From assembly GCA_036149055.1 (NCBI GenBank), contig JAYZQJ010000289.1, positions 1 through 22,479 of the forward strand: DNA of 22,479 nucleotides. The letters run 5' to 3'. The position numbers and the translations under genes were made by a program. Shown here piece after piece: positions 7,811 to 16,244 of this stretch (position 1 is its first letter; each line of letters opens with the position of its first letter). Source of the DNA: Myxococcota bacterium. GTDB lineage: Bacteria; Myxococcota_A; Polyangia; Polyangiales; Sandaracinaceae. The notes under the pieces are model-generated. The model was not told where the DNA came from. It worked only from the letters and a program-made list of their open reading frames with translations, and searched no databases.

Positions 7811-9829
7811 TCACTTGCCGCCGCGCAGCTGCGCGAGGAGGGCCTGGCCGATCGCGACCGCCTCCTCCGCCTCGACCGGCGCGTCGAGCTCGCGCTCGAA
7901 GTGCTCGAGGTGCTCCTCCGGCAGGCCCTCGAAGAAGCGCGTCGGGACCAGCGGGGTGACCTTGCCGCGCAGCATCTTGCGCTTGGGGCGCGTGAGGTAG
8001 AGCTGCTCGCGCGCGCGGGTGACGCCGACGTAGAAGAGCCGGCGCTCCTCCTCGACGTCGGTCGGCGCCGCCTCGGTCACCTTCGGGTCGGTGGTGCGGC
8101 TGTGGGGGAGCTGGCCCTCGTTGAGCCCGATCAAGAACACCACGTCGAACTCGAGGCCCTTGCTCGCGTGCAGGCTCGAGAGGGTCACGCGCGCCCCGGT
8201 CTCCTCGGCCTCCTGATCGATCTTCATCGTGATCCGCGTCAGGAACTGCCCGAGGCTCGGCCGCTCGCCGCCCGGCCGCTGCTCGTACTTCTCGAGCGAG
8301 CGGAGCACGTACTCGACGTTGGCCCAGCGCTTCTGGATGGCCGGGTTGCGGTCCTCCTTGATGAGGCGCTCGAGCCCGACCTCGGCGAACAGCTGCCGCG
8401 CCGCGCCGGCGAAGTTGCTGCCGGAGGCGAAGTTGGCGCGCGCCCGCTCGAGCGCGTCGTTCAGGATCCGCGCGCCGCGCTTCGCGCCGTCCGGCACGTC
8501 CGGGATCTGGTCGATCATGCGCAGCGAGTCGGCGAAGGTCTTGCCGTAGGCCAGCGACCAGCGGGTCAGGCGCTGGATGGTCGTGTCGCCGATGCCGCGC
8601 GACGGGTAGTTGACGATGCGCCGGAGCGACAGCTCGTCGAAGGGGTTCACCACCACGCGCAGGTAGGCGACCGCGTCCTTGACCTCCTTGCGATCGAAGA
8701 ACTGCGTGCCGCCGTAGAGCCGGTAGGGCAGGCCCTGGACGCGCAGCTCCTCCTCGATCGGCCGCGCCTGGAGGTTGGAGCGGTAGAGCACCGCCATCTC
8801 GCCGATGTCGTGGCCCTCCTTGCGGAGCACCCGGATCTCGTGGGCGACGAACTTCGCCTCGTGCTCCTGGTCGGTCAGGTTCACCAGGCGCACCTTCGGG
8901 CCCGGCCCCTTGAACGAGCGGAGCACCTTGTCGTGGCGCTTGCGCTTGGAGCGCGCGATGGCCGCGTTGGCCACCTCGAGGATCGGCGAGCGCGAGCGGT
9001 AGTTGTCCTCGAGCTTGACGATCGTGGCGCCGCCGAAGTGCTGGTCGAAGTCGAGGATGTTGCCGACCTCGGCGCCGCGCCAGCCGTAGATGGACTGGTC
9101 GTCGTCGCCGACCACGCAGACGTTGCCGCGCTCGTTGGCCAGCATCTGCACCAGGTCGAGCTGGATGCGGTTGGTGTCCTGGAACTCGTCGACCAGCATG
9201 TACTGGAAGCGGTTCCGCCACTTCTCCCGGAGCGCCGGCTTCTCTTCCAGCAGCTTCGCGGGGAGGTAGACGAGGTCGTCGAAGTCGACCGCGCACATGT
9301 TGCGGAGCGACGCCTCGTAGTGGGGGTAGACCTCGCGGGCGACGACGTCGTACTCGAAGTCGTTCTGCGGCGCGTTCTCGGGCGTGATCCCCTGGTTCTT
9401 CCAGAGCGAGATCCGGGAGTGCACCGCGTAGAGATCCATCTGGCGGTCGCCGATGCCCTCCCGCTTGACGATCTCGCGCACGATGCCCATCGCGTCGCCC
9501 TGGTCGAAGATGACGAAGCGCGTCGGGTAGCCGAGCGCCTTGGTCTCCTCGCTCAGGAAGCGGACGCCGAAGCTGTGGAAGGTGCTCAGCCAGAGCCGGT
9601 CGGCCCGGTTGCGCCCGACCAGCGGGATCATGCGCTCGGCCATCTCGGCCGCCGCCTTGTTGGTGAAGGAGACGGCGAGGATCTGCTCGGGCGGAACCCC
9701 GCGCTCGCACAGCTTGGCGATGCGGTGCGTGATGACGCGCGTCTTGCCGCTGCCGGCTCCGGCGAGCACCAAGAGGGGCCCGTCGCCGTGCTCGACTGCC
9801 GCACGCTGGGCGGGATTCAGCGCCACCAT
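7811..9829 (-). CDS. ATP-dependent DNA helicase, UvrD/Rep/PcrA family (Rep-like)
   Basis: LNPAQ, Walker A AGAGSGKT, FTNKAA, STFHS, VDEFQDTN, VGDDDQSIYGWRGA, LEDNYRS, LYRSN, HASKGLEF, EEERRLFYVGVTRA; 672 aa, no C-terminal Tudor-like extension. Confidence 0.96.
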   Translation of the reverse strand: MVALNPAQRAAVEHGDGPLLVLAGAGSGKTRVITHRIAKLCERGVPPEQILAVSFTNKAAAEMAERMIPLVGRNRADRLWLSTFHSFGVRFLSEETKALGYPTRFVIFDQGDAMGIVREIVKREGIGDRQMDLYAVHSRISLWKNQGITPENAPQNDFEYDVVAREVYPHYEASLRNMCAVDFDDLVYLPAKLLEEKPALREKWRNRFQYMLVDEFQDTNRIQLDLVQMLANERGNVCVVGDDDQSIYGWRGAEVGNILDFDQHFGGATIVKLEDNYRSRSPILEVANAAIARSKRKRHDKVLRSFKGPGPKVRLVNLTDQEHEAKFVAHEIRVLRKEGHDIGEMAVLYRSNLQARPIEEELRVQGLPYRLYGGTQFFDRKEVKDAVAYLRVVVNPFDELSLRRIVNYPSRGIGDTTIQRLTRWSLAYGKTFADSLRMIDQIPDVPDGAKRGARILNDALERARANFASGSNFAGAARQLFAEVGLERLIKEDRNPAIQKRWANVEYVLRSLEKYEQRPGGERPSLGQFLTRITMKIDQEAEETGARVTLSSLHASKGLEFDVVFLIGLNEGQLPHSRTTDPKVTEAAPTDVEEERRLFYVGVTRAREQLYLTRPKRKMLRGKVTPLVPTRFFEGLPEEHLEHFERELDAPVEAEEAVAIGQALLAQLRGGK

Positions 9830-9909
9830 GAGAGGTCAGAGGGCTAACTGGTTCGCCCCCCCGGTTCAAGGGACATCTTGGCGGCGGGCTGTGGCGGGAA
9901 GGTACGCGA

Positions 9910-9996
9910 TCACTCCCCGTGCGGGCGGCGCCAGACGATCCACACCGGCACGAGGGCGAGCAACATCGCCAGGAGGGTCGGGAAGATTCCGTCCAT
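9910..9996 (-). CDS. Putative 28-aa single-pass membrane peptide (MDGIFPTLLAMLLALVPVWIVWRRPHGE)
   Basis: Translated by hand: ATG 9996 to TGA 9912-9910; 27 of 28 codons end in G/C; one hydrophobic helix followed by RR; GGGAGG just upstream (short spacing). Confidence 0.6.
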   Translation of the reverse strand: MDGIFPTLLAMLLALVPVWIVWRRPHGE

Positions 9997-10038
9997 GCCC
10001 TCCCAGGTAGACACCCGTCATACTCGGAGCCAGCCAGC

Positions 10039-10584
10039 ATGGGCACGATCGTCTCCGTCGTCCTGGCCGCCGGCGCCTCCACCCGGTTCGGCGCGGCCAA
10101 CAAGCTGCTCCACCCGGTGGAGGGGGAGCCGATGATCCGTCGCGTCGCCCGCCTTCACGCGCCCGCGGTGGTGGTCTTCGCGGACGAGGAGGTCCGCGCC
10201 GCGCTGGCTGGCCTCGACGTGCGCCTGGTGCACAACCTCGAGCCCGGTCGCGGCATGGGCCGGTCCATCGCGCTCGGCGTGGGCGCCGTCGACGCGGACG
10301 CGATCCTCCTGGCGCTGGGCGACATGCCCTTCGTGCGCCCGGACACCCTGCGCCGCCTCGCCGCGCTCGACGCCGACCTCGCGCGCCCGGTGTATCGCGG
10401 CCGGCCCGGTCACCCCGTCCGCTTCGGACGCGTCCACCACGCGGCGCTCCGGGCGCTCGACGGCGACCGCGGCGCCCGCGCGCTGGTGGCCGAGCACGGG
10501 TTCACGCCCCTCGCGGTCGACGACCCCGGCGTGCTGCGCGACGTCGACGCGCCGGACGATCTGGACGCGGCCCCGGGCTCGTAA
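10039..10584 (+). CDS. Nucleotidyltransferase family protein, MocA/YgfJ-like molybdenum cofactor cytidylyltransferase
   Basis: VVLAAGASTRFGAANKLL, GMGRSIALG, LGDMPFV, GHPVRF, GDRGAR, DVDAPDD; start moved to ATG 10039. Confidence 0.9.
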   Translation: MGTIVSVVLAAGASTRFGAANKLLHPVEGEPMIRRVARLHAPAVVVFADEEVRAALAGLDVRLVHNLEPGRGMGRSIALGVGAVDADAILLALGDMPFVRPDTLRRLAALDADLARPVYRGRPGHPVRFGRVHHAALRALDGDRGARALVAEHGFTPLAVDDPGVLRDVDAPDDLDAAPGS

Positions 10585-10596
10585 GACCCTGAGGGC

Positions 10597-12996
10597 ATGC
10601 GCTTCCGCTTGCTGTTCGCCCTCCTACTCCTCTCGGGCTGCGACTGCTCGGGCCCCGCCGAGCCCGAGTGCGAGAGCTCGGCCGACTGCGACCCGGGCTT
10701 CGCCTGCGTGGACAACCTCTGCGTGATGGAGGCGCCGATGGACGCCGGCGCCGACGGCGGCGAGGCCGACGCCCCGACGATGGCGTGCGGGGTGGGCGAG
10801 CGGAGCTGCGGCGCGGACTGCTGCGGGGAGGGCGAGGTCTGCGGCACCGACGACGCGTGCTGTCCGCGCGACGCGCTCTGCGGCACCGTCTGCTGCGGCG
10901 CGGGCGAGGTCTGCGAGGGCGCGATCTGTCGCGTGGACTGCGGCGCCAACGCGCGGTGCGGTGACGCCTGCTGCGGCGACGGCGAGGTCTGCGCGAGCGG
11001 GAGCTGCTTCTTGCCCGACACGCCCTGCGAGGACTTCATCGACTGCGAGGCGGGCGAGTACTGCGAGCCGACCCTCGGCCGCTGCCTCCCGCAGCCGGGC
11101 GGCGAGCCCTGCGAGTCGGTGCCCACCGGCGGCGAGGTGCTCCCGACCCTCCTGTGGCACTGGGACGGCACCGGCGCCGCGCTGCCCGAGTACCGCCAGG
11201 TGATGATGGCCCCGATGGTCGCCTCGCTGAACGACGACGACGGCGACGGGGACGCGGACGAAGACGACATCCCCGACGTCGTCTTCAACACCTTCGCCGG
11301 CGGCAACTACACGTCGGACGGCGTGCTCCGCGCGGTGAGCGGCGCCGACGGCTCGAGCATCTTCGACGTGACCGACCCGGCGCAGCGCACCATCCCCGGC
11401 GGCCAGGTCGCGATCGGCGACATCGACGGCGACGGATGGAACGAGATCGTCAGCTGCGGCTCGGAGGTCGACGGTCAGGGCGAGCTGATCGCCTTCAACC
11501 ACGACGGCACCCTGCTCTGGCGCGCCACCGACTCGCGCGCGGAGTGCGGCCAGGCGGCCCCCGCGCTCGCCGACCTCGACGCCGACGGCACGCCCGAGGT
11601 CTTCGTTCGCTACACCGTGCTCGACGGCGTCACCGGCGCGCTCGAGTGGCACCGCGACTGCGTCGGAACCGGCGGATGGGCGACCGCAGCGCACAGCCCC
11701 TGCGACTACACCACCGCCGCCGACCTCGACGGCGACGGCCAGCTCGAGGTGGTCGGGGGCAACGTCGCCTACCGCGCCGATGGCACGCCGCTCTACGACC
11801 GCACCGCCGACTTCCTCGACGGCTACCCGGCGATCGGCGACCTCGACCGGGACGGCTCGCCCGAGGTCGTCGTCGTGCACAGCGCCTTCACCCCGTCCCC
11901 CTACGCCGGCGATCACTGGCTGCGCGCGCTGAACGCCGACGGCACCGACCGCTGGGGCCCGGTCGATCTCAACGCGGGCATGGCGCCCATGACCGACGTC
12001 ATGGCGGGCACGGTCGGAGGCGGCGGCCCGCCGACCATCGCCAACTTCGACGACGACGCCGAGCCCGAGATCGCCGCCGCCGGCGCCTACGCCTATGCGG
12101 TCTTCGAGGCCGACGGCACGCTCAAGTGGGCCTCGCCCTCCGACGACGCGAGCAGCCGCAAGACCGGCTCCAGCGTCTTCGACTTCGACGGCGACGGCGT
12201 CGCGGAGGTCGTCTACAGCGACCACTACTGGCTCCGCGTCTACGACGGCCGCGACGGCAACGTGCGCTTCTGCATGTGCAACACGAGCGCGACCCTCTGG
12301 GAGTACCCCGTGGTCGTCGACGTCGACACCGACGGCGCGGCCGAGCTCGTCGTGGCCTCCAACAACTACAGCTCGAGCTTCCTCACCTGCCCGAGCCGCC
12401 CCGAGCTCGGCGCCTGCGAGATGGGTCGCATCGCCGCCGGCGAGAACCTCGGCACCAACGGCATCCGCGTCTTCGCGAGCCCCACCCGCGACTGGGTCGG
12501 CACGCGCCGCATCTGGAACCAGCACACCTACCACGTCACCAACGTGAGCGAGCGCGGCGAGATCCCGCGGGTCGAGCGCCCCAACTGGAGCGTGCCCGCG
12601 CTCAACGACTTCCGCCTCAACGTGCAGCCCGGCGCCCTCAACCTCGCCGACCTCGTGCCCATCGACCTCGCCGTCGATCTCCTCGGCTGCCCCGACGAGA
12701 TGACGCTCAACTTCCGGGTCCAGAACCAGGGCTGGAGCGCCGCCCCCGCGGGCGCGTCGGTCGCCGTCTTCGTCGAGGACGCGAGCGGCTTCACGCTCCT
12801 CGCCCGGGTCACCACCACCCGGGACCTGCTGCCTGGCGAGGCCGAGGCGTTCGCGGTCCCGCTCGACCGGACCGGCCGCGACCCGGGCGCCGACGAGCGC
12901 TTCCGCGTCACGGCCAACGATCCGGCCGATCTCGTCGAGTGCCGCGACGCCAACAACACCGCCGAGACCACCGCGAGCTGCTCGATCCTCTTCTGA
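10597..12996 (+). CDS. Large lipoprotein with Cys-rich N-terminal repeats, FG-GAP/VCBS beta-propeller and CARDB-like Ig C-terminus
   Basis: Lipobox LLLLSG-C; repeated CG..CCG.GEVC units; multiple DxDGDGxxE Ca-binding loops; SSVFDFDGDG, EYPVVVDVD, WNQHTYHVTNV; C-terminal DLVP...VQNQG...VECRDANN. Confidence 0.88.
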   Translation: MRFRLLFALLLLSGCDCSGPAEPECESSADCDPGFACVDNLCVMEAPMDAGADGGEADAPTMACGVGERSCGADCCGEGEVCGTDDACCPRDALCGTVCCGAGEVCEGAICRVDCGANARCGDACCGDGEVCASGSCFLPDTPCEDFIDCEAGEYCEPTLGRCLPQPGGEPCESVPTGGEVLPTLLWHWDGTGAALPEYRQVMMAPMVASLNDDDGDGDADEDDIPDVVFNTFAGGNYTSDGVLRAVSGADGSSIFDVTDPAQRTIPGGQVAIGDIDGDGWNEIVSCGSEVDGQGELIAFNHDGTLLWRATDSRAECGQAAPALADLDADGTPEVFVRYTVLDGVTGALEWHRDCVGTGGWATAAHSPCDYTTAADLDGDGQLEVVGGNVAYRADGTPLYDRTADFLDGYPAIGDLDRDGSPEVVVVHSAFTPSPYAGDHWLRALNADGTDRWGPVDLNAGMAPMTDVMAGTVGGGGPPTIANFDDDAEPEIAAAGAYAYAVFEADGTLKWASPSDDASSRKTGSSVFDFDGDGVAEVVYSDHYWLRVYDGRDGNVRFCMCNTSATLWEYPVVVDVDTDGAAELVVASNNYSSSFLTCPSRPELGACEMGRIAAGENLGTNGIRVFASPTRDWVGTRRIWNQHTYHVTNVSERGEIPRVERPNWSVPALNDFRLNVQPGALNLADLVPIDLAVDLLGCPDEMTLNFRVQNQGWSAAPAGASVAVFVEDASGFTLLARVTTTRDLLPGEAEAFAVPLDRTGRDPGADERFRVTANDPADLVECRDANNTAETTASCSILF

Positions 12997-13007
12997 GCGT
13001 CACCACC

Positions 13008-13038
13008 GGCCGCTCGAGCCACCGCCGCTCGAGCGGCC
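13008..13038 (+). terminator. Perfect 12-bp stem-loop after the FG-GAP lipoprotein gene
   Basis: ggccgctcgagc (13008-13019) / gctcgagcggcc (13027-13038), 7-nt loop, 11 nt after the stop; no U-tract. Confidence 0.45.
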
Positions 13039-13161
13039 GCCGCCGAGTCGTTCGGGCTGGGCTCGGGCTTGCGTGGGATCACCCGGGTGTGTCGCCGAGC
13101 AACCCCGAGGCCCCCACCGGCGCATCCCCCGACGGCGACCCCTCGTGCTACAGGCCGAAGC

Positions 13162-13713
13162 GTGCTGACCCCGCGCCAGCTGCGGTACCTGAAGGAGCTC
13201 CTGGAGGGGCATGCCGAGCTCGGCTGGCGCGCGTGGTTCGCTCGGAACGAGCCCGAGCTCCGCGAGCGTCTCTCTCGCGCCGCCTTCTTGCGGCTGAAGT
13301 TCGAGCCGTTCGAGCAGGCCGAGCGGCATCTTCGCGACGCCGGTGTCGACTTCACCCCCGACCCCGTCGCCCTCCGCCGCGAGCGCCATCACGCGTCCTT
13401 CGCCGCGGAGCTTCTCGACGAGCGTGGCCGGGTGCGCGAGGAGCACCGCCGCGCGGCCCACGACGGCGCCATCGGCCTCGCCCTCGACGGTCGGCTCGAC
13501 GAAGCCCGCGCAGTCCTGACCCGGAACGTGGCCCGCGGCAGCCTGCAGGACATCATCGACCTCTGCTGGGACGGTGAGGTCGAGCTGACGCTCGGCGACC
13601 CCGCCGTGGGCCGCCTGATGCTCGAGGTCGTGGCGGCGCTCGACTCCGGAGACGACCAGCTCGACGTCCCCGTGCTCCGGGCCCGGGAGCTGCTCGCGTC
13701 GAGCGAGAGCTAG
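13162..13713 (+). CDS. Hypothetical helical protein
   Basis: GC3-rich frame from GTG 13162 (VLTPRQLRYLKELL); converges on the minus-strand array with a 4-nt gap. No family recognised. Confidence 0.7.
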   Translation: MLTPRQLRYLKELLEGHAELGWRAWFARNEPELRERLSRAAFLRLKFEPFEQAERHLRDAGVDFTPDPVALRRERHHASFAAELLDERGRVREEHRRAAHDGAIGLALDGRLDEARAVLTRNVARGSLQDIIDLCWDGEVELTLGDPAVGRLMLEVVAALDSGDDQLDVPVLRARELLASSES

Positions 13714-13717
13714 CCCT

Positions 13718-14455
13718 TCAGCCGGCGATCGACTGCGCGCGCGGCACGCCGTCGCTTCCACAGACCACGACGACGCGGTGGCCCCAGAACAGATCGCCGT
13801 CGTCGAAGTCGAGGGTGGCCTCGTCCCGCGCCAGGTCGAGGTGAACGAGCGTGAGCCGCGCGCGAAACGCCTCCGCCGAGAGCGGGGCGTCGCCCGGGTC
13901 CGCGTAGCCGTCGCGATGGACCTGCAGGCTCGCCTCCGCGGCGAAGCGCTTCGCGGCCTCCACGACCGCTTCGAGTCGCGACGGCAGCCACGTGTGCGCG
14001 CGCAAGACCTCGTGCACGTCCTCGGGTCCCGCGGCCTGGAGGGTGAGCGTGGCCGACGCGCCGCCCACCGAGAGCGGCCCGACGCGCGTGTAGCTCTGGA
14101 GCGCGTCGTCCCACGCGAGCCGACCGAGCGTCTCGACCTCGATGGAGGCCGGGCGAGGCGCGGGGGCGGCCTGCGCGGCCACCGACTCGAGGCGGGCCAG
14201 GAGCGACGCGTCGAGCAACCCTCGCGCCCAGTGCGGGATCGCCCCTCGCACCGCCTTCGCCTCCGCCGCACCAGCCTCGACGGCCGCGACGATCGCCGCG
14301 TGCGCCGCCCGGAGCGCCGCCCCTCGCGCCGCCTCCACCTCGCTGGCCGACCCGACCCGCCCGCCGATCATCCCCGCGCTCGCCTGCTCGAGCTCGGCCA
14401 ACGCGTCTCTCAGATTCGTCAACAATCGCAAGTCTCGAGCTCCAGGAGGGCCCAC
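13718..14455 (-). CDS. DUF2262-like protein (putative immunity protein)
   Basis: C-terminal PLSAEAFRARLTL...ATLDFDDGDLFWGHRVVV matches the DUF2262 signature (F..R..L...DDGDLFxGH); start codon uncertain. Confidence 0.7.
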   Translation of the reverse strand: MGPPGARDLRLLTNLRDALAELEQASAGMIGGRVGSASEVEAARGAALRAAHAAIVAAVEAGAAEAKAVRGAIPHWARGLLDASLLARLESVAAQAAPAPRPASIEVETLGRLAWDDALQSYTRVGPLSVGGASATLTLQAAGPEDVHEVLRAHTWLPSRLEAVVEAAKRFAAEASLQVHRDGYADPGDAPLSAEAFRARLTLVHLDLARDEATLDFDDGDLFWGHRVVVVCGSDGVPRAQSIAG

Positions 14456-14488
14456 TCGTGGGGCAGCGTGATGGGCCGCCGCTCCGGT

Positions 14489-14590
14489 TCACTCGCGGTC
14501 GCACCACAGGTTGGTCTCGAGGCTCCCCAGTAGAGGGGCCACAAAGGTGTAGCGGAAGCGGCCGGGCACTCCGTGCGGCTCCCGATGCAC
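14489..14590 (-). pseudogene. Possible C-terminal gene remnant (VHREPHGVPGRFRYTFVAPLLGSLETNLWCDRE*)
   Basis: 33-codon GC3-rich frame in the spacer, protein-like composition, no evident RBS. Confidence 0.3.
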
Positions 14591-14601
14591 CGACCTGAAG
14601 T

Positions 14602-15321
14602 CTACGCGAAAGCGGAGGGCCGGGGCTCGGTGAGCTGAAGCTCCCCGGCGAGCATGCGCGACAACGAGGACGCGGACGCGCCGCAGAGGTAGATCGAGAT
14701 GTAGGGTGCCGCGGTCTCGCGAACCGCGGCGACCAACGTCTCGCGTCCCCGGCGCCCGTACCAGGAGATCGAGTCGCTGAAGGACTCTTCCGAGACTTCT
14801 TCAGACCGAAGGTGGTCCCTCAAGCTACTCGCACGAGAGGCCGGCCCACGGGTCATCAGGCATCGTCCGAAGCGGAGCTTCATCTCGCGAATGAAGGCGG
14901 TGCCGAAACAGAGCGTGGGGAGAGAGTCCGCCAGCGGCGACCACGTCGGGTGGCGGTGGTCATTCGCCATGAACACCACCGGCTCGTGCCCGACCACGCC
15001 TCTCTCGATCGTCACCGCCTCCACGGCGGGACTCGACGCGAACACGTCGAAGCGCCTCAGGAAGTCCGCACCGTAGTCGTTCTGGTAGTCCCGAGAGTAG
15101 GCCTGAATGGTCGCCAGGCTCGTGTCGAAGCCGTCGGCCTCGAACAGACCGCCATCATTCTCACCAAATGCGAGTAGGAACTCTCGGTGCGCCTCTGACA
15201 GGGGCGCTGGGAGCACCGACTCGAAGCGCCGCAGCTCTCGCTCCGAGCACCCGACGGCGCGCCGCGACAGCTTCGTGTCGTACTGATCGATGTAGGTGGT
15301 GAGGGTGTCGGTCCAGCTCAT
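14602..15321 (-). CDS. SMI1/KNR4 (SUKH) family immunity protein with C-terminal extension
   Basis: Start ATG 15321 (MSWTDTL) overlaps the upstream stop (ATGA); GCSERELRRFESVLPAPLSEAHREFLLAFG is the SUKH N-terminal signature; later EPVVF...LADSL. Confidence 0.8.
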   Translation of the reverse strand: MSWTDTLTTYIDQYDTKLSRRAVGCSERELRRFESVLPAPLSEAHREFLLAFGENDGGLFEADGFDTSLATIQAYSRDYQNDYGADFLRRFDVFASSPAVEAVTIERGVVGHEPVVFMANDHRHPTWSPLADSLPTLCFGTAFIREMKLRFGRCLMTRGPASRASSLRDHLRSEEVSEESFSDSISWYGRRGRETLVAAVRETAAPYISIYLCGASASSLSRMLAGELQLTEPRPSAFA

Positions 15322-15680
15322 CGCGCGCCGCCTCGCCGATTGCTGTCGGCGTCTCGCTCGCTCTCCAAGGGTGAGCCACCGAGAACGTCGGTCCACGTGA
15401 CCGCGAGAGCTTCCGTCGTGAACCGCTCGGCGCACACGGGCGTGGGCGCGCCGAGCGCCGGTCTGGCGCGCGGAGTGACGACGAGGGTAGGGAGCAGCGT
15501 GACCTCGACCTCCGGGGCGATCGGCTCGGAGCCGGTGGCCGCGTAGAGCGTCACCTCGACTGCGGAGACGGGCTGTGGAGCGAGCGGCAGATGCCAATCC
15601 CAGACCCGACGCAGTCGCGGCCAGTCGTGCAGCTCCGAGCCGCGGACGACTCCGCCGGAGGCGCGGTACCAGGTTCTCAT
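15318..15680 (-). CDS. Hypothetical protein (possibly truncated)
   Basis: ATGA overlaps with both neighbours; GC3-rich; no recognised family. Confidence 0.55.
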   Translation of the reverse strand: MRTWYRASGGVVRGSELHDWPRLRRVWDWHLPLAPQPVSAVEVTLYAATGSEPIAPEVEVTLLPTLVVTPRARPALGAPTPVCAERFTTEALAVTWTDVLGGSPLESERDADSNRRGGAR

Positions 15681-16147
15681 CTCGGGCCACCCCTCTCGCG
15701 GATGTCTCCTGCGTGGAGCGGCACCCAGACCGCCGGTCCTCGAAGGATCTGCGGGCGTGCTGGGACCGACCAGAAACCAGACTTCGTGTCGAGGAAGAGC
15801 TCTCCGTGGAAGGACGCCGCAACGAGCGGGCCACCGCAGTAGATGGTCGCGAAGTCGGACGCGCCGCTGTCGCGAACGGCCGAGAGCAGTCGAAGGCTCT
15901 CCTCGATCGCCGCGCTCGCCCCCGACTTGTCGCTCACGGCGGTGAAGACGCTATGCGTGGCCTCGAGCAATCCTACATTGGTCGAGATGCGAGCCTCCTC
16001 AGCACGGACCTCCGTCGCGGTGAGCGGTGTGACCAGCCAGCCCTCACGATCGACGACGCCTGCGGCTGGGCGAACTCGGTCCTGCAGCATCTCCACCGAG
16101 AGCGAGTCCGCCCGATACGCGATGTACGTGATGAGCTCCAGCGACAC
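15677..16147 (-). CDS. SitI3-like immunity protein
   Basis: 156 aa; by eye follows the SitI3 layout: MSLE start, G..ATHSVF...DK, helix EESLRLLSAV, D...Y.G, GELFLD..SGFWS..R. Recognised from memory of the family, not searched. Confidence 0.55.
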   Translation of the reverse strand: MSLELITYIAYRADSLSVEMLQDRVRPAAGVVDREGWLVTPLTATEVRAEEARISTNVGLLEATHSVFTAVSDKSGASAAIEESLRLLSAVRDSGASDFATIYCGGPLVAASFHGELFLDTKSGFWSVPARPQILRGPAVWVPLHAGDIRERGGPR

Positions 16148-16244
16148 TCAGCGTTCCAGCAGGCAGGTGTGGGTCAAGAGTTGGCGGAGGGGGCGGAGCA
16201 CCTTTCGGCGGGAGGTCCGTGCCGATTTCAGCCGTGTCGAGGTG

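Noticed and set aside
9845..9870. LexA/SOS box upstream of the helicase (GTTC-N9-GTTC)
   Set aside because: Spacing does not fit GTTC-N7-GTTC, and it does not match the Myxococcus LexA consensus as I recall it.
14461..14476. gggcagcgtgatgggc matching 22390-22405 (14/16)
   Set aside because: Too short to distinguish from chance in GC-rich sequence; the flanks do not align without gaps.
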